A stretch of DNA of 64,000 nt from Polyangiaceae bacterium (lineage in GTDB: Bacteria > Myxococcota_A > Polyangia > Polyangiales > Polyangiaceae), in assembly GCA_965222375.1 (NCBI GenBank), contig CBDCTZ010000016.1:1664001-1728000 (forward strand), written 5' to 3'. Below, piece by piece: positions 37,871 through 47,477 of this stretch. Numbering within the stretch: the stretch's first letter is position 1; each line of letters opens with the position of its first letter. The position numbers were made by a program, and so were the translations under genes. Under the pieces are notes generated by a model. It had not been told where the DNA came from and searched no databases. It saw only the letters and a list, made by a program, of their open reading frames with translations.

Positions 37871-37899
37871 CTGTCACACGGTTGTCACATAGATGTTTC
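37871..37899 (+). promoter_or_regulatory. PHO box upstream of pstS
   Basis: CTGTCACACGG-TTGTCACATAG-ATGTTTC; 11-bp period, close to the CTGTCAT-type consensus. Confidence 0.85.
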
Positions 37900-37946
37900 G
37901 AGGGCGCCGCCCAGGGGTTGGAGCGCGTTGCTATCTCCCTGGCAAC

Positions 37947-39023
37947 ATGATTCATCGACGCACTTTCACGGTCTTGGCTCTCTCCTCCCTGCTGCTTGTG
38001 GGCTGCAACAAGGGCCCCTCGGGCACCGGGAGCGCCACCAAAAGCGACAAAGTCACGCTGAACGGCGCGGGCGCCACGTTCCCGTACCCGCTCTATTCAA
38101 AGTGGATGAGCGAATACAACAAGAAGAACCCGAACATTCGCATCAACTACCAGTCGATAGGCTCCGGGGGCGGCATTCGCCAGATCACCGCGAAGACCGT
38201 CGACTTCGGCGCGACCGACGCGCCCATGAAGGAAGACGAGGCCAAGAAGGCCCCCGGCAAGTTGATTCACATCCCGACCACGATGGGTGCGGTCGCAGTG
38301 ACCTACAACATTCCCAAGGTCAATGCCGCGCTGAAGCTGGGTGGGGACGTGCTCTCGGATGTCTTCCTCGGCAAGATCACCAAGTGGAACGACCCGCGGA
38401 TCGCGAGCGAAAACCCAGATGTCTCCCTGCCGGATGAAAAGATCAATGTCGTCTACCGCTCGGACGGCAGCGGCACGACCGCGGTGTTCACCGAGTACTT
38501 GGGCAAAGTGTCGGCGGACTTCAAGAGCCAGGTCGGTGCCGGCAAGAGCGTGAAGTGGCCCACGGGGCTCGGTGCCAAGGGCAACGAGGGTGTCACGGGC
38601 CAGGTCAAGACGACGCCGGGCTCCATTGGCTACGTGGAGTTGGCCTACGCCACGCAGAACAAGATGCCCGTGGCCTCGATCAAGAACAAGGCTGGGCAGT
38701 TCGTGGCTCCGAGCATCGCCGCCATCACCAAGGCCGGAAAGGGCATCGAGATGCCCGACGAACTCTACGTTAGCATCACGGATTCCGCTGGTGACGGCGC
38801 CTACCCCATCGCTTCATACACCTACATCTTGGTCTACGAAGACAGCGCGGACGCTACCAAGGCCAAGACTCTTGCCGAGTTCCTGTGGTGGGCGATTCAC
38901 GAGGGACAAGATCACGCGGAAGCGCTTCACTACGCGCCGCTTCCAACTCCGGTTATGAAGAAGGTGGAAGCACGCCTCAAGACCTTGAAGTCCGGCGACA
39001 AGACGCTGCTTACCGGCAGCTGA
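37947..39023 (+). CDS. pstS: phosphate ABC transporter substrate-binding lipoprotein
   Basis: LVG-C lipobox; GAGATFP, YQSIGSGGG, DFGATD, RSDGSGTT. Confidence 0.97.
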   Translation: MIHRRTFTVLALSSLLLVGCNKGPSGTGSATKSDKVTLNGAGATFPYPLYSKWMSEYNKKNPNIRINYQSIGSGGGIRQITAKTVDFGATDAPMKEDEAKKAPGKLIHIPTTMGAVAVTYNIPKVNAALKLGGDVLSDVFLGKITKWNDPRIASENPDVSLPDEKINVVYRSDGSGTTAVFTEYLGKVSADFKSQVGAGKSVKWPTGLGAKGNEGVTGQVKTTPGSIGYVELAYATQNKMPVASIKNKAGQFVAPSIAAITKAGKGIEMPDELYVSITDSAGDGAYPIASYTYILVYEDSADATKAKTLAEFLWWAIHEGQDHAEALHYAPLPTPVMKKVEARLKTLKSGDKTLLTGS

Positions 39024-39030
39024 GTTTCGC

Positions 39031-40017
39031 GTGGACGATTCCCTCCGCTCCAGCATCGTTCGGCCTCGGTCGAAGTGGCTCTCCCCCTTCGGTTCCGAGG
39101 TCAACACGGGTGACCGCGTCTTTCGCGCGGTCACTGCTTTGTTGGCACTGTCGGTGCTGGCAACGCTGCTGTTGATGGCGTTCGAGATGTATCGCTCTTC
39201 GGAGGCGAGCATCGACAAGTTCGGGTGGGACTTCATCACGAGTCGGGACTGGGACCCCGTGCGCGACCAGTTCGGCGCGCTGCCGTTCATCTACGGCACG
39301 GTCGTTTCGTCGCTGCTGGCGCTGTTGATCAGCGTCCCGGTCTCGATTGGCATCGCGATCTTCCTGTCGGAGCTCGCGCCTTCATGGCTGCGGAACCCGG
39401 TTGGATTCCTGGTGGAGCTGTTGGCGGCAGTGCCGAGCGTTGTCTACGGACTCTGGGGGATCTTTGCCCTGGCGCCCTTCCTGCGGGAGGTCGTGGAGCC
39501 CTGGTTAGCGAAGTATTTGGGCTTCCTGCCCATCTTCTCGGGGCCGCATCAGGGATTCGGGATGCTGGCGGGTGGCGTGGTGTTGTCCATCATGATCACG
39601 CCGACCATTGCGAGTGTGAGTCGGGAAGTCTTGAAGGCTGTTCCGACTACGCTGAGAGAAGGCGCGCTGGCGCTGGGAGCAACCCGTTGGGAGACGGTTC
39701 GTACAGCGGTACTACCTTACGCAAAGAGCGGCCTGCTCGGTGCCGTGATCTTGGGGCTTGGTCGCGCCCTGGGTGAGACCATGGCGATCACGATGGTGAT
39801 CGGCAACCGCGCCGAGATTAGTGCGTCGCTGTTCGCGCCCTCGTACACGATGGCGAGCGTGATCGCCAACGAGTTCACGGAGGCTACGGGTGACGTCTAC
39901 TTGGCAGCCCTGGCCGAGATCGGCTTGCTGCTCTTTGCCGTGACCCTGGCGTTGAACATCTTTGCTCGACTGTTGGTGTGGCGCGTGGGTCGATTGCCGG
40001 GGGGGGCGCGGACATGA
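39031..40017 (+). CDS. pstC: phosphate ABC transporter permease
   Basis: FGALPFIYGT, ELLAAVPSVVYGLWG, GRALGETMA. Confidence 0.96.
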   Translation: MDDSLRSSIVRPRSKWLSPFGSEVNTGDRVFRAVTALLALSVLATLLLMAFEMYRSSEASIDKFGWDFITSRDWDPVRDQFGALPFIYGTVVSSLLALLISVPVSIGIAIFLSELAPSWLRNPVGFLVELLAAVPSVVYGLWGIFALAPFLREVVEPWLAKYLGFLPIFSGPHQGFGMLAGGVVLSIMITPTIASVSREVLKAVPTTLREGALALGATRWETVRTAVLPYAKSGLLGAVILGLGRALGETMAITMVIGNRAEISASLFAPSYTMASVIANEFTEATGDVYLAALAEIGLLLFAVTLALNIFARLLVWRVGRLPGGART

Positions 40018-40868
40018 CGAAGTTCAAGGAGCCCTACGCCCGGCGCAAAGCCGTCGACTACGTCGTGCGGGGCCTGTGCGTGCTCGCGACGGTGATCGCT
40101 CTAGTACCCCTTGGGCTGGTGCTCTACTACGTGACTGTTCGGGGGATCGGTGGGCTGGACTGGGCGTTCTTCACGGAGCTTCCAAAGCCAGTAGGCGAGG
40201 TTGGCGGCGGGGTTGCCAATGGCATCGTCGGAACCCTCGAGCTCGTGGGGCTTGCATGCTTGTTTGGGATCCCGCCCGGCGTAATGGCGGGCATTTATCT
40301 GGCTGAGTTCGGCAAAGGGAAGTTGGCCCACGTGGTGCGCTTCTCAGCGGACGTGCTCAGCGGCGTGCCATCGATTGTGGTCGGCATTTTCATCTACACG
40401 ATGGTCGTGCTGGCGACGAAGCGTTTCAGCGCTCTGGCGGGTGGCTTGGCGCTCGCGGTGCTGATGTTACCTACGGTCACCCGCACCACGGAGGAACTAC
40501 TTCGGTTGGTGCCCAAGTCGCTGCGCGAAGCCGCGCTGGGCCTGGGCGTCCCGAAGTGGCGCGCGACGCTCACAGTCGTGCTGCGCACAGCGGCTCCGGG
40601 AATAGCCGTCGGCGTGATGCTCGCGGTGGCGAGGGTCGCAGGTGAAACGGCGCCGCTGCTGTTCACAGCCTTTTCGAATCAGTTCTGGTCTGAAGGGCTG
40701 AACGAACCCACCGCGTCGTTGCCAGTGCAGATCTACACCTACGCCGTTTCTCCCTATGACGACTGGCACCAGAAAGCGTGGGCTGCGGCCTTGGTGTTGG
40801 TCGGCATGGTTCTCCTTCTCAACGTCTCAGCGCGCCTGCTGGTGCGAAACCGAGTGAAAGCACGATGA
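40014..40868 (+). CDS. pstA: phosphate ABC transporter permease
   Basis: [32 protein letters not shown] coupling. Confidence 0.96.
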   Translation: MTKFKEPYARRKAVDYVVRGLCVLATVIALVPLGLVLYYVTVRGIGGLDWAFFTELPKPVGEVGGGVANGIVGTLELVGLACLFGIPPGVMAGIYLAEFGKGKLAHVVRFSADVLSGVPSIVVGIFIYTMVVLATKRFSALAGGLALAVLMLPTVTRTTEELLRLVPKSLREAALGLGVPKWRATLTVVLRTAAPGIAVGVMLAVARVAGETAPLLFTAFSNQFWSEGLNEPTASLPVQIYTYAVSPYDDWHQKAWAAALVLVGMVLLLNVSARLLVRNRVKAR

Positions 40869-41719
40869 CCATGGAACTCTCACTACCCTTCGCCCCCACC
40901 GCTGCCACAGGCGCGACCAAGTCCCAGCCTCGGGCATCGGAGTCCGCGGAGGCTCGACCGCAGGCGGCAACCAAAATGCGCGCCGACAGCCTGCGAGCTG
41001 CCTTTGGCGCGACCGAAGTCCTACGAGGCATCGATCTGCCCCTGCTAGAATCCAAGGTGACGGCCATCATTGGTCCGTCAGGATGTGGAAAGTCGACCTT
41101 CATCCGCTGCCTGAACCGAATGCACGAGGTCGTGGAAGGCGCGAAGGTCAGTGGCCGCGTGTTCTTGGACAAGCAGGACATTTACGAGCGCAACGTCGAC
41201 CCCGTCCGGGTACGGCGACGCGTGGGCATGGTCTTTCAGAAGCCCAATCCGTTTCCGACCATGAGCATCCGAGACAACGTGCTCGCCGGGCTGCGCTTGA
41301 ACGGAGTTCGAGTGAAAGAGCCGGATGCGGTGGTCGAGCGCGTGCTTCGGCAAGTGGCGCTATGGGACGAAGTGAAAGATAGCCTGGAGCGTTCGGGCAT
41401 GAGTCTTTCGGGTGGGCAACAACAGCGCCTGTGTATTGCGCGCACCCTGGCCCTCGAACCCGAAGTCGTGCTGATGGACGAGCCCTGCTCCGCCTTGGAC
41501 CCCATCGCCACGGCACGAGTGGAGGAACTGATTCACGAGCTCAAGGACGACTACACGATCGTGATCGTGACTCACAACATGCAACAGGCGGGGCGGGTTG
41601 CCGACTACACGGCCTTCTTCTACCTGGGTGAGCTGGTCGAATACGATGAAACGGATGTGCTCTTCACACGCCCGAAGGAAAAAAGAACCGAAGACTACAT
41701 TACGGGGCGGTTCGGTTGA
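40865..41719 (+). CDS. pstB: phosphate ABC transporter ATP-binding protein
   Basis: [45 protein letters not shown]. Confidence 0.98.
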   Translation: MTMELSLPFAPTAATGATKSQPRASESAEARPQAATKMRADSLRAAFGATEVLRGIDLPLLESKVTAIIGPSGCGKSTFIRCLNRMHEVVEGAKVSGRVFLDKQDIYERNVDPVRVRRRVGMVFQKPNPFPTMSIRDNVLAGLRLNGVRVKEPDAVVERVLRQVALWDEVKDSLERSGMSLSGGQQQRLCIARTLALEPEVVLMDEPCSALDPIATARVEELIHELKDDYTIVIVTHNMQQAGRVADYTAFFYLGELVEYDETDVLFTRPKEKRTEDYITGRFG

Positions 41720-42453
41720 GCCGCGACGACGAGGGGAAAGACGCCATGGCCAATCCAGCGGGGGCACTACGCCACACCGACCGCGAATACGAGGCAGAGC
41801 TGACCAAGCTGCGCGAAAACGTCCTGCTCATGGGTGCCAAGGTCGAGGAGCTGCTCACGAACGCACTCAAGGCCTTCGTAGATCGAAATGGAGAGCTTGC
41901 CAAGGAGACCATGCAAGCTGATGTGGAGGTCGACCGGCTCGAACTCGAAATCGACGAGCTCTGCCTTCGCATTCTAGCGAAACGACAACCCGTGGCATCA
42001 GATCTGCGTTTCATCACGACTACCTTGAAGTTGGTGACGGACTTGGAGCGAATCGGTGACCTGGGTGCGAACGTGTGCGAGCGCGTGATGGAGGTCAGTG
42101 GAGAATCCCCCTTGTCTGCGGTTGCTACGATCACCCGCATGGGGGACGTGACCCGAGAGATGCTGCGGGGTGCGCTAGATGCCTTCGTCAACGCCGATGC
42201 AGACGCCGCTCGCGCCGTGATTGAGCGAGATAGCGTCGTGGACGCGACCTACGCGCAGCTCTTTCCGGAGCTTGTCGCCGTGATGATGGACGACCCGAAA
42301 AGCGTGTTCCGCGCTACACGCCTGCAATCCGTCGGCAAGTACCTAGAACGCATTGCGGACCACTCTACGAACGTTGCAGAGATGGTGGTGTTCATGGTCG
42401 AGGGCGAAGACGTGCGTCACGCCTTCGGGCTGTCCCGGGGCTCGGGCTACTGA
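41716..42453 (+). CDS. phoU: phosphate signalling protein PhoU
   Basis: [29 protein letters not shown]; start TTG 41716 or ATG 41746. Confidence 0.96.
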   Translation: MSRDDEGKDAMANPAGALRHTDREYEAELTKLRENVLLMGAKVEELLTNALKAFVDRNGELAKETMQADVEVDRLELEIDELCLRILAKRQPVASDLRFITTTLKLVTDLERIGDLGANVCERVMEVSGESPLSAVATITRMGDVTREMLRGALDAFVNADADAARAVIERDSVVDATYAQLFPELVAVMMDDPKSVFRATRLQSVGKYLERIADHSTNVAEMVVFMVEGEDVRHAFGLSRGSGY

Positions 42454-42494
42454 GGCGTGAGGGGTTTGGGTCGCATGAACCCTGACCCGCAACT

Positions 42495-42523
42495 TTGACC
42501 GCCGACGCCAGGAGCGTGATACT
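42495..42523 (+). promoter_or_regulatory. putative sigma70 promoter
   Basis: TTGACC-17 bp-GATACT just upstream of GTG 42535. Confidence 0.5.
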
Positions 42524-42534
42524 CAGTAGTACTC

Positions 42535-43749
42535 GTGGCGTTTGTTCACCGTGCCAGCTTGGGGGGCCTGCTCTACCTTCTATCGGGCTGTAGCCAGATC
42601 ATCGGCGCGGACGAAGATCGAGACCTGCGCAAACCTCCCGGGGAAAAGCCGACCTGGACCGCCGGGGAAGTTCTCGTGCCCGCCACAGCTGGCACGACCG
42701 CCGCGCTCTTTGGCATTGACCTGGCGGTATCCGGGGACACCGCTGTCATCAGCGCCCCGCGGCTTACGCCCAGTGAAGGAGGCTACTTCGTATTTGCCCG
42801 GGGAGCGGATGCCTGGGCGCAGGAAACTCAACTCGTTCTAACGCAGATCCAAGTTCACGGTGGTCAGAACGGGCGATCGTTGGCGGTCAGCAATGGCCAG
42901 GTATTGATCGGTCTTCCTTCCAACGTGCACGCGTTCGAGCGCACGCCGACCTGGACCAACACCACGAGCATCAAGATGAAGGGGGTTTCGTCCTTTGGCT
43001 CCGCCTGCGCTGTCAACGGCGATACCCTCGCGGTGGGTGCGCCGTTGCAGGACGCTGCAGGCCAACCCGGTGCCGGCATGGTGCACGTCTACGTTGGGTC
43101 CGGCGCCGTCTATACCGAGCAACTGCCCGCTATTGAGGCTCCCCAGGCGACGATCAACGGCTCCTTCGGCAACCGAGTGGTACTTGATGGCGACACCTTG
43201 GCAGTCGCTGCTGAGCGCAGCACATCCGGAGACCCGGCGGTGTTCGTATTCACCCGAGCCAACGACGTCTGGACGCTCCAGCAGGAACTGGCGCTGCCTA
43301 ACTCCGACGCCGACGCCTTTGGCGATGCGCTATCACTTCAGGGCGATACTCTGGCGGTCGGGGCACCTCTCGACAGCGAGGGTGGCGTCTCGGCTGGAGC
43401 CGTCTTCGTTTATGCGCGGCAAGGGACTAGTTGGATGCAGCAAAAGCTAATCCCGTCCGACGCGGAAAGCGGAGATAGGTTCGGCGAAAGTGTTTCGATT
43501 GACGGCGACGCGCTGCTGGTGGGAGCACCCTTCGCTGGTTCCCGAGGTCGCAACTCCGGCAAGGCCTACCTATTTCGCCGTACCGGCGACTCCTGGAGCG
43601 AGACGGACATTGTCATAACCGACGCCACGGTGGAGGACGCGCAGTTTGGCTTTGCAGTAGGACTCGTTGGTTTCGAGGGGCTCGTCGGTGCCCCCACCTC
43701 TGGCGGAGGTTTGGTGCAGGTCGTGCGCTTCGATCCCCTCGGGTCATGA
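42535..43749 (+). CDS. FG-GAP repeat (integrin-like beta-propeller) lipoprotein
   Basis: LSG-C lipobox; repeated FG...GDTLAVGAP...GAVFVY units. Confidence 0.88.
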   Translation: MAFVHRASLGGLLYLLSGCSQIIGADEDRDLRKPPGEKPTWTAGEVLVPATAGTTAALFGIDLAVSGDTAVISAPRLTPSEGGYFVFARGADAWAQETQLVLTQIQVHGGQNGRSLAVSNGQVLIGLPSNVHAFERTPTWTNTTSIKMKGVSSFGSACAVNGDTLAVGAPLQDAAGQPGAGMVHVYVGSGAVYTEQLPAIEAPQATINGSFGNRVVLDGDTLAVAAERSTSGDPAVFVFTRANDVWTLQQELALPNSDADAFGDALSLQGDTLAVGAPLDSEGGVSAGAVFVYARQGTSWMQQKLIPSDAESGDRFGESVSIDGDALLVGAPFAGSRGRNSGKAYLFRRTGDSWSETDIVITDATVEDAQFGFAVGLVGFEGLVGAPTSGGGLVQVVRFDPLGS

Positions 43750-43832
43750 TTACGTTGCTTGCCAAGTCGTTTTGACACTTCAGTTTCGGTCGCGTTGGGG
43801 CCATCTGGAAATTGTGCAAGGATAGCGTTCGC

Positions 43833-45131
43833 ATGGATGCTCTTGGCGATACGCAATCCATCGCTTCCGATTCCGCGAGCGAAGACGCAAGCGACGTCGG
43901 TGTTGCCGGTCGCCTCGCCGAGCTTGCCGACAAGTACCGCGTCGAGGGAGTCATCGGCATAGGTGGAATGGGCGTGGTAGTTCGCGCGCAGCACCGCCAC
44001 CTGGAGCGGCTGGTCGCAATCAAGTTGCTGCAGGGTGTTCGAGGGGAAGAAGCACGTTTGCGCTTCCTACGAGAAGCGAAGCTGGCAGCGAGCTTTGACT
44101 CGCCACACATCGCGCGGGTGCTCGACTACGGTGTCCTCAAGGACTCCACGGCGTATCTGGTCATGGATCTACTGCAGGGCTGTACCCTTCGCGATCGACT
44201 GCTGGACCGGTCTCTCTCCATCCAAGAGACGCTTCGCCTGGCGCAGCAGCTAGCCCGCGGGCTCGCGGCAATTCACGCACAAGGCGTGGTTCACCGCGAC
44301 CTCAAGCCCTCGAACGTCTTTCTGACGAAGGACTGGGACAGTTCCGGGTCGGCCAAGATTATCGATTTTGGGATCGCCAAACGAGTTGCCGGGCTCGATG
44401 GTGACGCCGCCCAAGACCTGACTCGCGAGGGGCAGATTGTCGGCACGGCTCGCTACATGTCGCCGGAGCAAATCCGTCATTCCAACGACTTGGACGGACG
44501 CGCCGATCTCTGGTCGCTTGGCGTCATCCTGTACGAGCTGCTCTCCGGTGAGCGCGCCTTTGCGAAAGCGAACCAGGCGGACGTCTTGGCTGCCATTCTC
44601 ACTTCCGGCGAGCCCCTCGACCCATGTCGAGTGCGTCCCGCCGTTCCCGAAGGCTTCGGTGCGATCGTGGCAAGGTGTCTGCAACGCGATCGCGAAGACC
44701 GCTTTGCGTCGGCAGCCGAGCTCCAGGAAGCGCTGTCCGTGATGGATCCGCCCAGTGTTTCGAGCATGGCGCTACCAACCGTTGCTCGTGAGCCCCAGCG
44801 GCGTCGAGGGTGGTTTGTCGCTGGCATCGCGATCGTGGTCATAGGTGCGATCGCGACCATCATTGGAATGCGCCCGACGCCGCCGCCGGAGCTGGCGCCA
44901 GGAATCGCTCGAGCAGGCAAGCCCTTGGCCTTGAAGCTGGTCGCCAGCATGCCCCGCATGCCTGGGCCCAGTGCAACGGCGTCTGCCGCCGCCCCGGCAA
45001 AACCAAAAGCACCTGCGAGCAAACGCGGCCCCAGGGCGACCCGAGGCGCCGCTAGCGGGGCACGCAAGACGCGAAAAACCGGAGCGACTCCCAAGACCGC
45101 CGAAGATCCTAAGTTCGGGGAGCGCTATTGA
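43833..45131 (+). CDS. membrane Ser/Thr protein kinase
   Basis: IGIGGMG, VAIKLL, HRDLKPSN, DFG, YMSPEQ; TM WFVAGIAIVVIGAIA. Confidence 0.93.
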   Translation: MDALGDTQSIASDSASEDASDVGVAGRLAELADKYRVEGVIGIGGMGVVVRAQHRHLERLVAIKLLQGVRGEEARLRFLREAKLAASFDSPHIARVLDYGVLKDSTAYLVMDLLQGCTLRDRLLDRSLSIQETLRLAQQLARGLAAIHAQGVVHRDLKPSNVFLTKDWDSSGSAKIIDFGIAKRVAGLDGDAAQDLTREGQIVGTARYMSPEQIRHSNDLDGRADLWSLGVILYELLSGERAFAKANQADVLAAILTSGEPLDPCRVRPAVPEGFGAIVARCLQRDREDRFASAAELQEALSVMDPPSVSSMALPTVAREPQRRRGWFVAGIAIVVIGAIATIIGMRPTPPPELAPGIARAGKPLALKLVASMPRMPGPSATASAAAPAKPKAPASKRGPRATRGAASGARKTRKTGATPKTAEDPKFGERY

Positions 45132-46054
45132 CCGGCTCGGGCCATGTCGCGTGGTCGCTGCTCTTGGGCGTCATCGCCTGGACGGCGGCAGCGAGCGCGG
45201 ACACCTCTGCCACGGACAAAGCCGTAGCAGAGACCCTGTTTCGGGAGGGCAGGGAGCTGCTGCAGGCGGGCAAGACCGCGCAGGCTTGCGCAAAGTTTGC
45301 TGAGAGCGACCGCTTCGATGCCTCTGCCGGAACGCTGCTGAACTTGGCGGACTGCCATGCGCGCATCGGCCGGACCGCAAGTGCATGGGCCGAGTTCAAC
45401 GAGACCGCGCAGCGAGCGCGCGGCCGTGGGCAGTTCGAGCGAGCGAAATATGCCACCCGACGGGCAGCCGAACTGGAGCCCAAGCTCAGCCGGGTCTTGC
45501 TGCAGGTCGCCGCGCCGAAGCGAGTACGCGAGTTGAAGCTGGACGGAAAAGTCCTGGGGCCGTCGGGTTGGACCACAGCCTTGCCTCTGGATCCTGGCCA
45601 GCACCAGGTCACGGTCCTTTGGTCCGATGGCCGGACATCGCGACACCAGATCTCGGTGCCGAAAAAGCCTGGGGAGTTCGTGACGCCCATACGACCGCCC
45701 GCGTCCCGGGCAGCGCCTGAGCCGAAAACGGACTCGCCGCGCGCCGGGGAGGCCGATGCGACCCGAATCATCGCGTGGTCGGCGCTGGGGGCGGGCGCAG
45801 TGGGGGTCGCTGTCGGTAGCTATTTTGGGCTGAAGGCCATTGGGTTGAAGGACGATAGCGACAAGGATTGCGACGCATCCGGTTGTGGCAAAGAAGCGCT
45901 GGACAGCTACGAGCGAGCTGGGGACGCGGCCACGGTCTCTACCGTCGCCTTTGCCGTGGGTGCCGCCTTTGCTGGGCTTGGGGTAGGTTTGCTCACCTTC
46001 GAGCCCACGGCTGACCGGGCGGGTGCTCGAGTCTTGATTGGAAGCTCGTTCTGA
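45128..46054 (+). CDS. exported TPR/PEGA-like protein with C-terminal hydrophobic segments
   Basis: AETLFREGRELL...ACAKFAES...GTLLNLADC...ASAW; LDPGQHQV; coupled to the kinase and activator genes. Confidence 0.78.
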   Translation: MTGSGHVAWSLLLGVIAWTAAASADTSATDKAVAETLFREGRELLQAGKTAQACAKFAESDRFDASAGTLLNLADCHARIGRTASAWAEFNETAQRARGRGQFERAKYATRRAAELEPKLSRVLLQVAAPKRVRELKLDGKVLGPSGWTTALPLDPGQHQVTVLWSDGRTSRHQISVPKKPGEFVTPIRPPASRAAPEPKTDSPRAGEADATRIIAWSALGAGAVGVAVGSYFGLKAIGLKDDSDKDCDASGCGKEALDSYERAGDAATVSTVAFAVGAAFAGLGVGLLTFEPTADRAGARVLIGSSF

Positions 46055-47445
46055 TGGTCCGAGAGCACGGAGACGAAACAACCCTGTTCACCAAAGTCAG
46101 CCCCGCTGGTGGACCGTGGACCTTGGTCATCGCCGGTGCCGGCCAGTTGCGCTCTGTGACTCTGCCCACTGAGGGCTCCGTCTCCATCGGCAGAGGGCAG
46201 GACTGCGAGATCCTCCTACCCCACGGCTCTGTTTCCAAGCGTCACGCGATCCTTCACCTGACTGATCCACCGCGCATCGAGGATGCTGGCAGCAAGAATG
46301 GGCTCACCATTCGTGGAGAGTCCGGCAGCCTCGGCGCTGAACTCGCCCCAGGCGACGTCGTGGAGGTGGGCCCCTTCACGATGATCCTCAGCCCCGGTGA
46401 GGACCCTGCCGCGGTCGAGCCCGCGACCCACACGGGCACAGACGACCTGGTCGTGGTCGAACCCGCGATGCGAGAGATCTACGAACTAGTCGCCGATGTC
46501 GCGCCATCGGATCTGAGTGTCGTCATCACCGGGGAGACCGGCGTTGGAAAAGACATTGTTGCACAGCGCATCCACGCGCTGTCACCGAGGGCCGGCGCGC
46601 CGCTGGTGCGAGTCAACTGTGCCGCGCTGCCCGTGAACCTGTTCGAGGCGGAACTGTTCGGCCATGAGAAGGGCGCCTTCACGGGAGCCACCGACTCCAA
46701 GTCGGGATTCATCGAAGAAGCCAACGCAGGCACACTCTTCCTGGATGAGGTGGGTGAAGTGCCGATCGAAGCCCAAGCCAAGCTGCTCCAAGCCATAGAA
46801 GATCGCACCTTCTTTCGGATCGGGGGGCGGCGAGCCTGCAAGGTCGACGTGCGGTTCATCGCTGCGACCAATCGCGACCTGTTACGGGACATCGAGCAGG
46901 GGTCTTTTCGCGCTGATCTCTACCACCGGCTCAACGGCATCACGTTGCACTTGCCCCCGCTGCGGGATCGGCCGGGTGAGGTGCTTGCCTTTGCTGGCCA
47001 CTTCGCTGCGCAAGCTTGGCAGTCTGCCGGCTATGCTGCCTCCCTGGAGATCAGTCCACCGGCGCGGAAGGCACTGAAAGCGCACCCTTGGCCCGGGAAC
47101 ATCCGAGAGCTTCGGAATGCGATGCAGCGAGCCGTGCTGCTCTCCCGCGGCAACCCCATCGAGGTTCGCCACCTGGCTCTGAGCGCTTCCCAGGGTGCAT
47201 CGCCGAGCCCTTCTCAGAAGTCCGTCGACGCGCCGGTGGCTCCGGATCAAGCGGAAGCCGCTAGTTCAGGGGACCTGCGCTCTTCCATGCGCGACTACGA
47301 ACGCAAGCGGATCGAGGATGCTCTGGCGCAGTGTGGCGGCAACCAGACGCGTGCCGCGAAGCTTCTGGGAATAGCGCGGCGCACCCTGGTGTCGCGTCTG
47401 GACGCTCTCGGGCTGGCCCGGCCGCTCAAGGGTGACCCGGACTGA
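46054..47445 (+). CDS. FHA-domain sigma54-dependent transcriptional activator
   Basis: FHA IGR...SKRHA...SKNG; GETGVGK, GAFTGA, LFLDEVGE, WPGNIRELRN; Fis-type HTH GNQTRAAKLLGI. Confidence 0.94.
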   Translation: MVREHGDETTLFTKVSPAGGPWTLVIAGAGQLRSVTLPTEGSVSIGRGQDCEILLPHGSVSKRHAILHLTDPPRIEDAGSKNGLTIRGESGSLGAELAPGDVVEVGPFTMILSPGEDPAAVEPATHTGTDDLVVVEPAMREIYELVADVAPSDLSVVITGETGVGKDIVAQRIHALSPRAGAPLVRVNCAALPVNLFEAELFGHEKGAFTGATDSKSGFIEEANAGTLFLDEVGEVPIEAQAKLLQAIEDRTFFRIGGRRACKVDVRFIAATNRDLLRDIEQGSFRADLYHRLNGITLHLPPLRDRPGEVLAFAGHFAAQAWQSAGYAASLEISPPARKALKAHPWPGNIRELRNAMQRAVLLSRGNPIEVRHLALSASQGASPSPSQKSVDAPVAPDQAEAASSGDLRSSMRDYERKRIEDALAQCGGNQTRAAKLLGIARRTLVSRLDALGLARPLKGDPD

Positions 47446-47477
47446 GGCGCGCAGCCCTCACTCACCCACGTAGGCGC

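Noticed and set aside
39999..40006. G8 tract at the end of pstC as a phase-variation site
   Set aside because: Lies in the last codons; G-runs of this length are unremarkable at this GC content
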